From the NCBI GenBank assembly GCA_964655995.1, contig CAZZPK010000004.1:1-58949 (forward strand): a stretch of DNA of 58,949 nt, in the 5' to 3' direction. Both the position numbers and the translations under genes were made by a program. How positions within the stretch are numbered: the first letter of the stretch is position 1; each line of letters opens with the position of its first letter. Below the pieces are notes generated by a model. The model did not search any database and was not told where the DNA came from. It saw only the letters and a list, made by a program, of their open reading frames with translations. The stretch is from an uncultured Candidatus Saccharibacteria bacterium (GTDB taxonomy: Bacteria; Patescibacteriota; Minisyncoccia; Phycocordibacterales; XYD1-FULL-46-19). Positions 8,872 through 17,832 of the stretch are shown here, piece by piece.

Positions 8872-8898
8872 GCGGTTTACCTTAAGTTTATTAAAGGG

Positions 8899-8971
8899 TG
8901 GACCCGAGGGGACTTGAACCCCTGACCCCTCCCATGCCATGGGAGTGCTCTACCAGCTGAGCTACGAGCCC
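8899..8971 (-). tRNA. tRNA-Ala (anticodon GGC)
   Basis: Acceptor stem GGGCTCG/CGGGTCC with G3:U70, anticodon loop ATGGCAT and T-arm AGGGG-TTCAAGT-CCCCT. No CCA is encoded. Confidence 0.88.
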
Positions 8972-8979
8972 ATGTGATC

Positions 8980-9008
8980 ACTATCTCATTTTTTTTATTT
9001 TTCAACAA
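8980..9008 (-). promoter_or_regulatory. tRNA promoter TTGTTG-17-GATAGT
   Basis: Duplicate of the 8843-8871 arrangement. Confidence 0.5.
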
Positions 9009-9011
9009 GAA

Positions 9012-9040
9012 TTGTGGTTGGGCTTTTGGAATGGTAAAAT
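9012..9040 (+). promoter_or_regulatory. Promoter TTGTGG-17-(TGG)TAAAAT
   Basis: Extended -10. The ATG at 9052 lies only 11 nt after the -10. Confidence 0.45.
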
Positions 9041-9051
9041 GATATTACTTT

Positions 9052-10491
9052 ATGCCGCCAGAAGAGCTAATACCCACAGAATCATTGGCGCCAGCTAAAA
9101 AGCAGAACGTCTCTAAGTATTTTCTTGGTGTCCTAATTTTGGGTATTTTAGTGGTCGCGGCAATAACTATAAAACCTTTTTTTGATGAATCCCAAGTAAT
9201 GGAAGAAAATATACCCAAACCATTTTCTATTGATGGTCGTTGGTTCCAGTCTAACATTAAGAATATCCGTTTTTCAATTCCTGAAGGATGGACTTTTCTT
9301 CCACAATCAAATATAGTTTCTCCTCTTGGTGACAATTCCTACCTCTTTGTCTTGCAAAAGACAGGCACGACTTGTGTTATTGCCGCTCCAAAAGAATTTA
9401 ATCGAGAGGAATTTAATCAACTTAAATTAAAGCAAATTTCTTGGGCCAATCGAGTTTTTTCCAATTATTGGCAGTTTGATGGTAATTGGTATGTTGCCTC
9501 TACCAGTGACGCTTTAAAATACTCTTTTTCTCAACATAATCGCCAGTATTTAACAGGCGAGTTCCGTTTTTCTAGTAGCGGGTCAGATATCGTGGTTATA
9601 TTATTCACTAGCGATGGATCAGCTGTTCCAGATGATTGTAATAATGATATGAACACTTTATTGCAGACGCTGGAGCCCTATTATGAGAGAGTTAATCTGT
9701 CTAGTGCATCTGATGGCCTGATTATTAGTGAACGGGTAATGGATAACGTTATTCATAATGAGGCCAATAAATCCTATGATCATCTGCTTTTTATCGCTGA
9801 TGGTTCTGAAGAAAGACGAGAGGTTATGCATCTCCCCAAGAACACTTGGGCTAACGGTTTCCATGTATATGGTAATAATTTGTATGTACCAGCTTATAAA
9901 GGTCAATATTTAAGTGCAACCACCACAGCGGTTGTTTATAAAATTGATCCATTTTCTAAACAAACAATGCAAATCCCGGGTGTTAATCTAATAAATTCCT
10001 TTATTTCCTCAATATTTATACATAACGGGACTTTATATTATTTGGCTACCGATCCTACTACTCCTAGGTGCTTGTTGGATGGTTATAAGCCTTGCCCATC
10101 TACTCTTTATTCTATTCCATTATCTGGAGGTAATCCTAAATTAATTGGGCGCTCATCCACGGGTGGATTATTACAAGGATACATTGAAAGTGAAGGAGCT
10201 TTTTATATTACTAGAGGATTTGGTGATGGTGGTTGTTTGTCGAATACTTTAAGTCGTATTATCGGTGGACAGGAAGAATTAGTCGAAAAAATAGCCTATT
10301 GTGAGGGTGATGGAGAAGAAGCAAAAATCATATTTAATCAAAAACGCAATAAAATTAATGAGATTATTGCTCAGGCTAAATCTAGTAAAATCATCAGTAA
10401 GGGATTAAAGGTAAAAAATGGGACCTTAATACCTAATGACACTACAGAAGATACCTACAACCTTTATCCAACAGTCTACTTTGAAAAATAG
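9052..10491 (+). CDS. Hypothetical membrane-anchored extracytoplasmic protein (479 aa), AT-rich gene
   Basis: N-terminal TM (YFLGVLILGILVVAAITI). No motif recognised. Its composition differs clearly from neighbouring genes. Confidence 0.6.
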   Translation: MPPEELIPTESLAPAKKQNVSKYFLGVLILGILVVAAITIKPFFDESQVMEENIPKPFSIDGRWFQSNIKNIRFSIPEGWTFLPQSNIVSPLGDNSYLFVLQKTGTTCVIAAPKEFNREEFNQLKLKQISWANRVFSNYWQFDGNWYVASTSDALKYSFSQHNRQYLTGEFRFSSSGSDIVVILFTSDGSAVPDDCNNDMNTLLQTLEPYYERVNLSSASDGLIISERVMDNVIHNEANKSYDHLLFIADGSEERREVMHLPKNTWANGFHVYGNNLYVPAYKGQYLSATTTAVVYKIDPFSKQTMQIPGVNLINSFISSIFIHNGTLYYLATDPTTPRCLLDGYKPCPSTLYSIPLSGGNPKLIGRSSTGGLLQGYIESEGAFYITRGFGDGGCLSNTLSRIIGGQEELVEKIAYCEGDGEEAKIIFNQKRNKINEIIAQAKSSKIISKGLKVKNGTLIPNDTTEDTYNLYPTVYFEK

Positions 10492-10518
10492 TGAGGTTTC
10501 TGGTAGTCTTGGAAGACG

Positions 10519-10734
10519 ATGTTTCAAGACTTTATGCTTAGGCAAATGCTTAAGAGTAGCGGTGCGCCCGATGATCAGATCGAGGCGATTATTGTAATGG
10601 TCAAAAAAAATCCCGAGCTTTTTAAACAAATCGCCGAGGAGGTCCAAGAGCGGGTTAAGGATGGCAAAAGCCAAATGGAGGCGGTAATGGAGGTGATGAT
10701 GAATCACAAGGACGAACTCGAAAAATTGAAATAA
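10519..10734 (+). CDS. Small helical hypothetical protein (71 aa)
   Basis: The ORF abuts ychF (1-nt spacer) and shows plausible coding periodicity. Function unknown. Confidence 0.5.
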   Translation: MFQDFMLRQMLKSSGAPDDQIEAIIVMVKKNPELFKQIAEEVQERVKDGKSQMEAVMEVMMNHKDELEKLK

Positions 10735-10735
10735 T

Positions 10736-11815
10736 ATGTCTCTCTCGATTGGTATTGTTGGTTTGCCCAACGTTGGTAAATCCACGCTGTTTAATGCGCT
10801 GACGCGTAAGGCCGTGCCGGCCGAGAATTACCCTTTTTGCACCATCGACCCATCGGTGGGCGTAGTGGCGGTTCCAGATGAGCGCCTCCAAAAACTCTCC
10901 GACTTTTCCAAATCGGCTAAGACGATACCGGCGGCGATCGAGTTTGTGGACATTGCCGGCCTCGTCAAAGGCGCCTCGGCCGGCGAGGGCTTGGGTAATC
11001 AATTTCTCTCCCATATCCGCGAGGTGGACGCCATTGCCCAGGTGGTGCGCGTCTTTGAGGACAGTAATATTATCCACGTTTCCGGCCAAGTTAATCCGCT
11101 TAACGACATTGAGGTGATCAACTTGGAGCTTATTTTGGCCGATATGCAGACGGTGACTAAACGTCGCAGTAATATTGCGCGCGAGGTTAAGCGCGGCGAT
11201 AAGTCAGAAGTTTTTGAGGATACTGTTTTAGATAAAATAATTAAAGCTCTCGAAGCTGGTCAATTGGCCAGCAGCGTAAAGCTGGATGATAAAGAAAAAG
11301 AAGTGTTAAAAAGTTTGCACTTGCTCTCGGCCAAGCCGATTTTGTACGTGCTTAATCGTAAAGCGGGAGCCAAAAGCGCGAATTTAGATACTTTAAAAAA
11401 GTTTATTGTCGACAGTGGCGCTAAATATGTAGAAGTGGATGCGCGTATTGAGCAGGAGCTCTCGGAGCTTGAGGTGGGGGACAAGCAAACGTTTAAACAA
11501 GAGTTGGGCGTTACCGATGACGGCGTTAATGATTTGATCAAAGCCAGTTACGAGCTCTTGGGCTTAATTACTTTTTTTACTACCGGTGAGGATGAGACGC
11601 GGGCCTGGACGATTAAAAAAGGTTGGACGGCGCCCTGGGCCGGTACGGCCATCCATACCGACTTTAAAGATAAATTTATCAGAGCCGAAGTGATTAATTG
11701 GCAAGATCTCCTAAACGCCGGCTCCTACGGCTCCGCCCGCGACAAAGGCCTCGTCCGCACCGAGGGCAAAGAGTATATCGTCAAAGATGGCGACGTAATC
11801 GAATTTAAGATATAG
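10736..11815 (+). CDS. ychF: Ribosome-binding ATPase YchF
   Basis: GIVGLPNVGKSTLFNALT P-loop, DIAGLVKGAS, and a C-terminal TGS-like end (EGKEYIVKDGDVIEFK). Confidence 0.92.
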   Translation: MSLSIGIVGLPNVGKSTLFNALTRKAVPAENYPFCTIDPSVGVVAVPDERLQKLSDFSKSAKTIPAAIEFVDIAGLVKGASAGEGLGNQFLSHIREVDAIAQVVRVFEDSNIIHVSGQVNPLNDIEVINLELILADMQTVTKRRSNIAREVKRGDKSEVFEDTVLDKIIKALEAGQLASSVKLDDKEKEVLKSLHLLSAKPILYVLNRKAGAKSANLDTLKKFIVDSGAKYVEVDARIEQELSELEVGDKQTFKQELGVTDDGVNDLIKASYELLGLITFFTTGEDETRAWTIKKGWTAPWAGTAIHTDFKDKFIRAEVINWQDLLNAGSYGSARDKGLVRTEGKEYIVKDGDVIEFKI

Positions 11816-11822
11816 TTTACTT

Positions 11823-12092
11823 ATGGAGAATTTGGAAAAAACTAGGAAGTACGACATTGAATCCGTGGAATTCCAGTTAGAATTTAGGGAAAAGTTGGCG
11901 CAGCGCCTCATCACTGGTTATCCACTGGAGCAATCTGACAATCTTGATCTGCCAGATAAAGTAAAAACTTTAGGTACTAAATTCCCAGCCGATGGTTGGG
12001 TTGGGGATGCCTTTACCCATGTTGCTCATGAGGTGTATCGTCTCCTCGATGACGACTACGATAAATTAAAAGACACTATTTTATATGAGTAA
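11823..12092 (+). CDS. Hypothetical protein (89 aa)
   Basis: ORF only; no motif recognised. Confidence 0.4.
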   Translation: MENLEKTRKYDIESVEFQLEFREKLAQRLITGYPLEQSDNLDLPDKVKTLGTKFPADGWVGDAFTHVAHEVYRLLDDDYDKLKDTILYE

Positions 12093-12133
12093 GATTTGGT
12101 TATAAAAAGTATTCTAAATTATTCGCTATTGTC

Positions 12134-12165
12134 ATAAAAACAAAAGCACGTCGCCGGGACGTGCT
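12134..12165 (-). terminator. Terminator hairpin AGCACGTC-GCCGG-GACGTGCT
   Basis: The stem spans 12145-12165. On the minus strand it is followed by TTTTGTTTTT. It lies between convergent genes. Confidence 0.6.
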
Positions 12166-12196
12166 AAAAGTGATGTGGAACAAGGGACAAGTTAGT

Positions 12197-12427
12197 TCAG
12201 TGACCAAAAGCCTCTCTTAGTCTACTGTCCAAAATTTTTACGTATTGGCCTCGAATAGATAGGAGTTGTTCTGTGTCGCCCATAATTATTTTGGCGATCG
12301 TGATCAAATTTTGGCCATGGTGCTCGCTCATATTCCGAATAAATTCTTCCTCGGTTTGGTATCGGATTTGATGACGATCCCACTTTGTCCAATCACTATC
12401 CTTGTAAACTACCAAATACTCTACCAT
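12197..12427 (-). CDS. Hypothetical protein (76 aa)
   Basis: ATG at 12427 is preceded by AAGGAGGAG. The longer ORF to 12469 lacks an RBS. Confidence 0.5.
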   Translation of the reverse strand: MVEYLVVYKDSDWTKWDRHQIRYQTEEEFIRNMSEHHGQNLITIAKIIMGDTEQLLSIRGQYVKILDSRLREAFGH

Positions 12428-12491
12428 ACAGTTTCTCCTCCTTGTCGATTGCCCTGCTTCTAATGCCACTATAAATCTACCAAGTCTAGAG

Positions 12492-12519
12492 TGTCAACTG
12501 TGATCCATTATGGTATAGT
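12492..12519 (+). promoter_or_regulatory. Promoter TGTCAA-16-(TGG)TATAGT
   Basis: The -10 ends 7 nt before ATG 12527, which implies a leaderless or near-leaderless mRNA. Confidence 0.45.
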
Positions 12520-12526
12520 CTAGAAT

Positions 12527-13063
12527 ATGAAAAACCTTAATATTCTCAAGTGGGCATTGGTGGCGGGGATTGTGATCGTGCTTAATTTGTTTATCAACTT
12601 TTCGATCCAGTTGGTTTACGAGACGCCGGAGTGGGAGGCCTTTTGCGTCCAAAAGCAAGTTAATGTGATGCCGGATACCGAGCAGGCCTGTGTGGCAGTG
12701 GGCGGCCAATGGAATGCCGATAACTACTACGGTCCGGAGACCAAGCCGCTACCAATGCCGGAGAAGCGCGGCTACTGCGACGTCAACTTTACTTGCCAAA
12801 AAGAGTATCAAACCGCACTTGAGCTTTACAATCGCAATGTCTTTATTATCTTAGTGGCGGCGGGCGTGATTGCTTTAATTGTGAGCTTCTTTGTGGCGGG
12901 CACGCCAGCGGTCTCGCTCGGCCTCTCACTGGGCGGTGTGCTCTCGCTTATTGTTGGCACGGTGCGCTACTGGTCTAACATGGATAATTATTTACAAGTG
13001 ATTATCTTGGGCCTCGCCCTTATCGCTCTTATCTGGCTCGGCGTTAAAAAGATTAAGGAATAA
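12527..13063 (+). CDS. Hypothetical membrane protein (178 aa)
   Basis: An N-terminal TM, a Cys-containing extracytoplasmic segment and 2-3 C-terminal TMs. Confidence 0.55.
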   Translation: MKNLNILKWALVAGIVIVLNLFINFSIQLVYETPEWEAFCVQKQVNVMPDTEQACVAVGGQWNADNYYGPETKPLPMPEKRGYCDVNFTCQKEYQTALELYNRNVFIILVAAGVIALIVSFFVAGTPAVSLGLSLGGVLSLIVGTVRYWSNMDNYLQVIILGLALIALIWLGVKKIKE

Positions 13064-13073
13064 GATTTAACTT

Positions 13074-15509
13074 GTGAAAGAGTACGATCATAAAGAAATA
13101 GAGGCCAAGTGGCAAAAAAAGTGGTGGGATTGGGATATCGACAAAGTAGGCAGCGACCCCGCCAAGCCCAAGTGCTATGTGCTGGACATGTTCCCTTACC
13201 CTTCGGGCGAGGGGCTCCATGTGGGGCATCCTAAGGGCTATATCGCCACCGACATTTACTCGCGCTACCAAAAAATGTGCGGCTTTAACGTGCTCCATCC
13301 GATGGGCTGGGACGCTTTTGGTCTGCCGGCCGAGAATTACGCCATCAAAAACAAAGTCCATCCTAAAGTGGCTGTCGACAAAAACATCGCTTACTTTAAA
13401 TCGCAATTAAAAAAGATCGGCTTTAATTACGACTGGGAGCGAGAGATCAACACTACTGATCCGGCGTACTACAAATGGACCCAATGGATCTTTTTAAAAT
13501 TATGGGAGAAGGGCCTCGCTTACGAGTCGTGGGAGCCGATCAATTGGTGCCCCTCGTGCCAGACAGGGCTTGCTAATGAGGACTTGGAGGATGGTAAGTG
13601 TGAGCGCTGTGGCAGTGTGGTAGAGAAGAAGCCCATGCGCCAGTGGATGCTCAAAATTACCGACTACGCCGAGCGTTTGTTGGCAGACATTGATGACCTT
13701 AAGTGGCCGGAGTCGATTAAAGAGTCTCAACGCAATTGGATTGGCAAAAGTGAGGGGTTGTTATTTACTGCACCAGTTAAAGATACTAATTTAACAATTA
13801 AAACTTTCTCCGCTCATTTTGAGGCTTTTAAGGCTGATACTTTTGTCGTTATTGCCCCAGACCATAAGTTTTTACCGGAATTAGTGGCTGGTTTAGATAA
13901 TGAGCAAGAGATTTTAGATTTTGCTAAAAAATTAGTAGCTAAGCGTTTGACCGCCGGTTATTCAGAAGAAAAAGAACCAGAAGGTATTTTTACCGGTCGC
14001 TATATTATTGACCCAGTAGGGAATGGAGATTTACCAATCTGGGTGGCTAGTTTTGCTTTGGCCGATTATGGCACGGGGATAGTAAAATGTTCAGCTCATG
14101 ATGAACGCGATTTTGCTTTTGCTAAAAAATATAATATTCCTCTTAAGGTGGTTTTAGTGCCTGAAGATGAAGAGTTGAGAAAAAAAGTAGAAGCTCAAGA
14201 AATTTGTTACAGCAATATGAGAGAGGGTGTCTTATTAGAACCTTTAGAGTTTGCTGGTAAAAAAGGAGGAGAAGTTAGGGCGGAAGTAATTGATTATTGT
14301 ATTAAAAATAAATTAGCGGAGAAAAAGACTACTTACAAACTTAAAGACTGGGTCTTTTCGCGACAGCGATATTGGGGGGAGCCGATACCGGTAATCCATT
14401 GCGATCAGTGTAAAGTTGTTCCTGTGCCTTATGATCAATTGCCAGTGACTTTACCCGAAGTGGAGCATTATGAGCCTACCGGTACCGGTGAGTCACCTTT
14501 AGCCAATATTACCGACTGGGTCAACACCACTTGCCCCAAATGCGGCGGCCCCGCTAAACGCGAGACCAATACCATGCCCCAGTGGGCCGGCTCCTCTTGG
14601 TATTATTTGCGCTTTATTGATCCTAAAAATAACGAGGCTTTAGTGGATAAGAGTAAGGAGAAATATTGGTCCCCGGTGGATGTGTACGTGGGCGGTACCG
14701 AGCACGCCACGCGCCACTTAATTTACGCTCGGTTTTGGCACAAAGTACTTTTTGATCTTGGTTATGTCGCTCATCCCGAGCCATTTACCACACTTAAAAA
14801 TCAAGGCCTGGTCTTGGGCGAGGATGGTCGTAAAATGTCCAAGCGCTGGGGCAATGTAGTTAACCCCGACGATGTCATTGAGCTTTACGGCGCCGACACC
14901 TTACGCCTTTACGAGATGTTTATGGGCCCGTTTGAGCTGGGAGGCGTTTGGAGCACCGACAGCATGGTGGGGATGCGCCGCTTCCTTGAGCGGGTCTGGC
15001 GCTTAAGCGGCAAAGTGGCCGACACCGGCGCTTTAAATTTGGAGTCAGAGGTTTTGTTTAATCAGACGATTAAAAAAGTGGGGGAGGATATCGCCGCCTT
15101 CCAATTTAACACCGCCATTTCGAGCCTGATGATTTTGACCAATAAATTGGAGGAGTTGGAAAAAGTGCCTAAAAATATTTTTGAAACATTACTTGTCTTG
15201 CTCGCTCCGTTTGCGCCGCATTTAGCCGATGAGTTGTGGGAGCATTTGGGCCGTACAACCTCCATCCACTTAGCCTCCTGGCCAAAATATGACGAGGCTA
15301 AGTTGGTTTCAAGCCACGTCACTATCTCGGTTCAAGTTAATGGTAAAACGCGCGGCACAGTGGCGGCGCCCCGCGGGTCTAGCGAGGCTCAAGTTTTGGA
15401 TTTGGTCAAAAATGAGCCGGCTTTGGCCACCTGGCTTGAACCCGGCCAAGAGCGGGTAATTTACGTCCCGGATCGGCTTATCAACATCATCACCAAACCT
15501 ATCGCTTGA
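13074..15509 (+). CDS. leuS: Leucine--tRNA ligase
   Basis: HIGH-type motif (YPSGEGLHVGHPKGY), a CP1 editing domain (SAHDERDFAFAKKYNIP) and KMSKS (KMSKRWGN). GTG start. Confidence 0.95.
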   Translation: MKEYDHKEIEAKWQKKWWDWDIDKVGSDPAKPKCYVLDMFPYPSGEGLHVGHPKGYIATDIYSRYQKMCGFNVLHPMGWDAFGLPAENYAIKNKVHPKVAVDKNIAYFKSQLKKIGFNYDWEREINTTDPAYYKWTQWIFLKLWEKGLAYESWEPINWCPSCQTGLANEDLEDGKCERCGSVVEKKPMRQWMLKITDYAERLLADIDDLKWPESIKESQRNWIGKSEGLLFTAPVKDTNLTIKTFSAHFEAFKADTFVVIAPDHKFLPELVAGLDNEQEILDFAKKLVAKRLTAGYSEEKEPEGIFTGRYIIDPVGNGDLPIWVASFALADYGTGIVKCSAHDERDFAFAKKYNIPLKVVLVPEDEELRKKVEAQEICYSNMREGVLLEPLEFAGKKGGEVRAEVIDYCIKNKLAEKKTTYKLKDWVFSRQRYWGEPIPVIHCDQCKVVPVPYDQLPVTLPEVEHYEPTGTGESPLANITDWVNTTCPKCGGPAKRETNTMPQWAGSSWYYLRFIDPKNNEALVDKSKEKYWSPVDVYVGGTEHATRHLIYARFWHKVLFDLGYVAHPEPFTTLKNQGLVLGEDGRKMSKRWGNVVNPDDVIELYGADTLRLYEMFMGPFELGGVWSTDSMVGMRRFLERVWRLSGKVADTGALNLESEVLFNQTIKKVGEDIAAFQFNTAISSLMILTNKLEELEKVPKNIFETLLVLLAPFAPHLADELWEHLGRTTSIHLASWPKYDEAKLVSSHVTISVQVNGKTRGTVAAPRGSSEAQVLDLVKNEPALATWLEPGQERVIYVPDRLINIITKPIA

Positions 15510-15543
15510 CGGTAATGTCAATAAATGATACAACCTAGTTATT

Positions 15544-16578
15544 ATGTCCAAAGACCTGATCAGTTTTAAGCCGAAGGAGGTGACTAAAAAATTATTAGCT
15601 AGTTTGTCCGAGCGGGGCCGCGATGTTCTGGCTAAACGCTACGGTCTCGATGCCGCCGCCCGCCGCCGTACCCTTGAGGCCATTGGCCAGGAGTACGGTA
15701 TTACTCGCGAGCGCGTGCGCCAGATTGAGAATTTTAATATCGGTTTGATTAAAAAGTCAGATGTTTTTACCAAGGCTGATCCAATTTTTGCCGAGCTCAA
15801 AAAGCTCATGGACCAGTTTGGCGGCATTGTCCACGAGCAGCTTTTTTTGGATGCGGTTGCCAAAGACAAGGGGACGCAAAATCACATCCACTTTTTACTG
15901 GTTCTCTCCGATCTTTTTACCAAATTAAAAGAGGATGACGACTTTAATCATCGCTGGACCACCGACGTTAATCTCTCACAAAAAATCCACAAGTCACTGC
16001 AAAATTTGTGCAAAAGTTTCCGGGATACCGATCTGATCTCGGAGCAGGAACTGATCACCCGTTTCCTCTCCGAGCTTAAGGATGTGGTTAAGGAGCCCGA
16101 GGCGACCCAGCTGGCTCATAAATGGCTGGCAATCTCCAAGCAGGTTGGCAAAAACCCGCTGGGAGAGTGGGGTTTGTCTAAGTCTCCTAATGTCCGGATG
16201 CGCGGTATTCGCGACTATGCTTATTTGGTGATTCGCCAGCATGGTTCGCCGCTGCATTTTACCGAGGTGGCCCGTGCGATCGGCAAGCAGTTTGGTCGCG
16301 TGGCGCATCCGGCCACCTGCCACAACGAGCTCATTAAGGACAACCGCTTTGTGTTGGTGGGGCGCGGGTTGTACGCCCTGGCCGAGTGGGGCTACACTCG
16401 CGGTGTCGTGGCCGATGTTATCCGCGCTATTTTAAAAAAGAAGGGTCCGCTTACTCGTGAGCAGATAGTGGCCGAGGTATTAAAAGAGCGCTACGTTAAA
16501 GAAAATACCATCATCGTCAATCTGCAAAATCCCAAGTATTTCAAAAAAGACAAAAATAATCGCTACACTGTGGTATAA
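15544..16578 (+). CDS. Sigma-70 region-4-like HTH + HARE-HTH domain protein
   Basis: N-terminal LEAIGQEYGITRERVRQIE (region 4.2-like). The C-terminal part, HFTEVARAIG...LIKDNRFVLVGRGLYALAEWGY, is HARE-HTH-like. Confidence 0.55.
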   Translation: MSKDLISFKPKEVTKKLLASLSERGRDVLAKRYGLDAAARRRTLEAIGQEYGITRERVRQIENFNIGLIKKSDVFTKADPIFAELKKLMDQFGGIVHEQLFLDAVAKDKGTQNHIHFLLVLSDLFTKLKEDDDFNHRWTTDVNLSQKIHKSLQNLCKSFRDTDLISEQELITRFLSELKDVVKEPEATQLAHKWLAISKQVGKNPLGEWGLSKSPNVRMRGIRDYAYLVIRQHGSPLHFTEVARAIGKQFGRVAHPATCHNELIKDNRFVLVGRGLYALAEWGYTRGVVADVIRAILKKKGPLTREQIVAEVLKERYVKENTIIVNLQNPKYFKKDKNNRYTVV

Positions 16579-16587
16579 TCGAGATTA

Positions 16588-17829
16588 ATGGACTGGTCGG
16601 CGTTATCTTCCTCAATATTACAATTGGAACTGGCGGTGGGGCGCTTCCTCTGGGAGAGCGCTTTTGTCTGGATGCCGCTTGGTTTGGGCTATGTATTTTG
16701 GCGGCTGTGGCTCAATTATGTCCGCCAGTATTGGATCGCTTCCCAAGAGTGGGTTTTGCTTGAGATCAAAATGCCGCGAGAGATCACCAAGTCGCCGGCC
16801 GCGATGGAGGTGGTTTTAACTGCCCTCCATCAGACCAGCGAAGGCAATCTGATCGACAAATTCATCAAGGGCCGGGTGCGGAGCTGGTTTTCCCTGGAGT
16901 TGGTTTCGACCGGCGGGACGCTCCACTTTTACATCCGCACCCAAAGGAATTTTAAAAACCTGATCGAGGCCCAAATTTACTCCCAGTATCCGCAGGTTGA
17001 GGTGCATGAGGTCGATGACTATGTCCGAGCCGTGCCCTATGACCCATCCAAGCCGGACTGGGACTTGTGGGCGATGGAACTTAAATTTTTAAAAGAGGAT
17101 GCCTATCCTATCAAGACTTATATCGATTACGGTTTGGATAAAGATCCCAAAGAAGAGTTTAAAATCGATCCGATGTTGCCGATGCTTGAGATGTTGGGCT
17201 CGCTCGGTCCCAGTGAGCATGCCTGGGTGCAGTGGCTGATAACGGCGACGCGAGACCGTTTCCACAAGCCGGGGACTTGGTTTGGCAAGCAAAATTGGCG
17301 CGATGAGGCCAAAAAGGTAGTCGATAAATTAACAGAGAAGGAGAAAGACAAAGGTGATAAAGAAAACGCCTTAGCCGCTGGTGAGCTCAAATTGACTAGC
17401 TGGCAGCGCGAGGTGGTTAAGGCGGTGGAGCGCAGTCTGTCTAAGCTCGCTTTCGATACCGGTATCCGGATGGTCTACACCGCGCCCAAGGACATTTTTA
17501 GCAAAGCGGCGATCGCCGGCCTTTCGAGCTCGGTTAAACAGTATAACTCCGAGCATTTAAACGGCTTTAAACCTTTGCGCTCGACCAGTTTTGATTACCC
17601 CTGGCAGGATCCGACTGGCCGCCGGCTCACCAAGCGCAAAAGAAAAATGTTTCGCGCTTATTGCGAGCGGGGCTATTTTTATGTTCCGCATTCTCTCAAG
17701 CCGATGGTCTTAAATACCGAAGAGTTGGCCACGATGTATCACTTTCCTGGCCAGGTGGCTGAGACGCCGACTCTGGATCGCATTGGCTCCAAGCGTTCCG
17801 AGCCGCCGGCCAATTTGCCGATCAATTAA
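16588..17829 (+). CDS. Hypothetical protein with N-terminal TM pair (413 aa)
   Basis: Long ORF with tight spacing to its neighbours. No catalytic motif recognised. Confidence 0.55.
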   Translation: MDWSALSSSILQLELAVGRFLWESAFVWMPLGLGYVFWRLWLNYVRQYWIASQEWVLLEIKMPREITKSPAAMEVVLTALHQTSEGNLIDKFIKGRVRSWFSLELVSTGGTLHFYIRTQRNFKNLIEAQIYSQYPQVEVHEVDDYVRAVPYDPSKPDWDLWAMELKFLKEDAYPIKTYIDYGLDKDPKEEFKIDPMLPMLEMLGSLGPSEHAWVQWLITATRDRFHKPGTWFGKQNWRDEAKKVVDKLTEKEKDKGDKENALAAGELKLTSWQREVVKAVERSLSKLAFDTGIRMVYTAPKDIFSKAAIAGLSSSVKQYNSEHLNGFKPLRSTSFDYPWQDPTGRRLTKRKRKMFRAYCERGYFYVPHSLKPMVLNTEELATMYHFPGQVAETPTLDRIGSKRSEPPANLPIN

Positions 17830-17832
17830 TAT

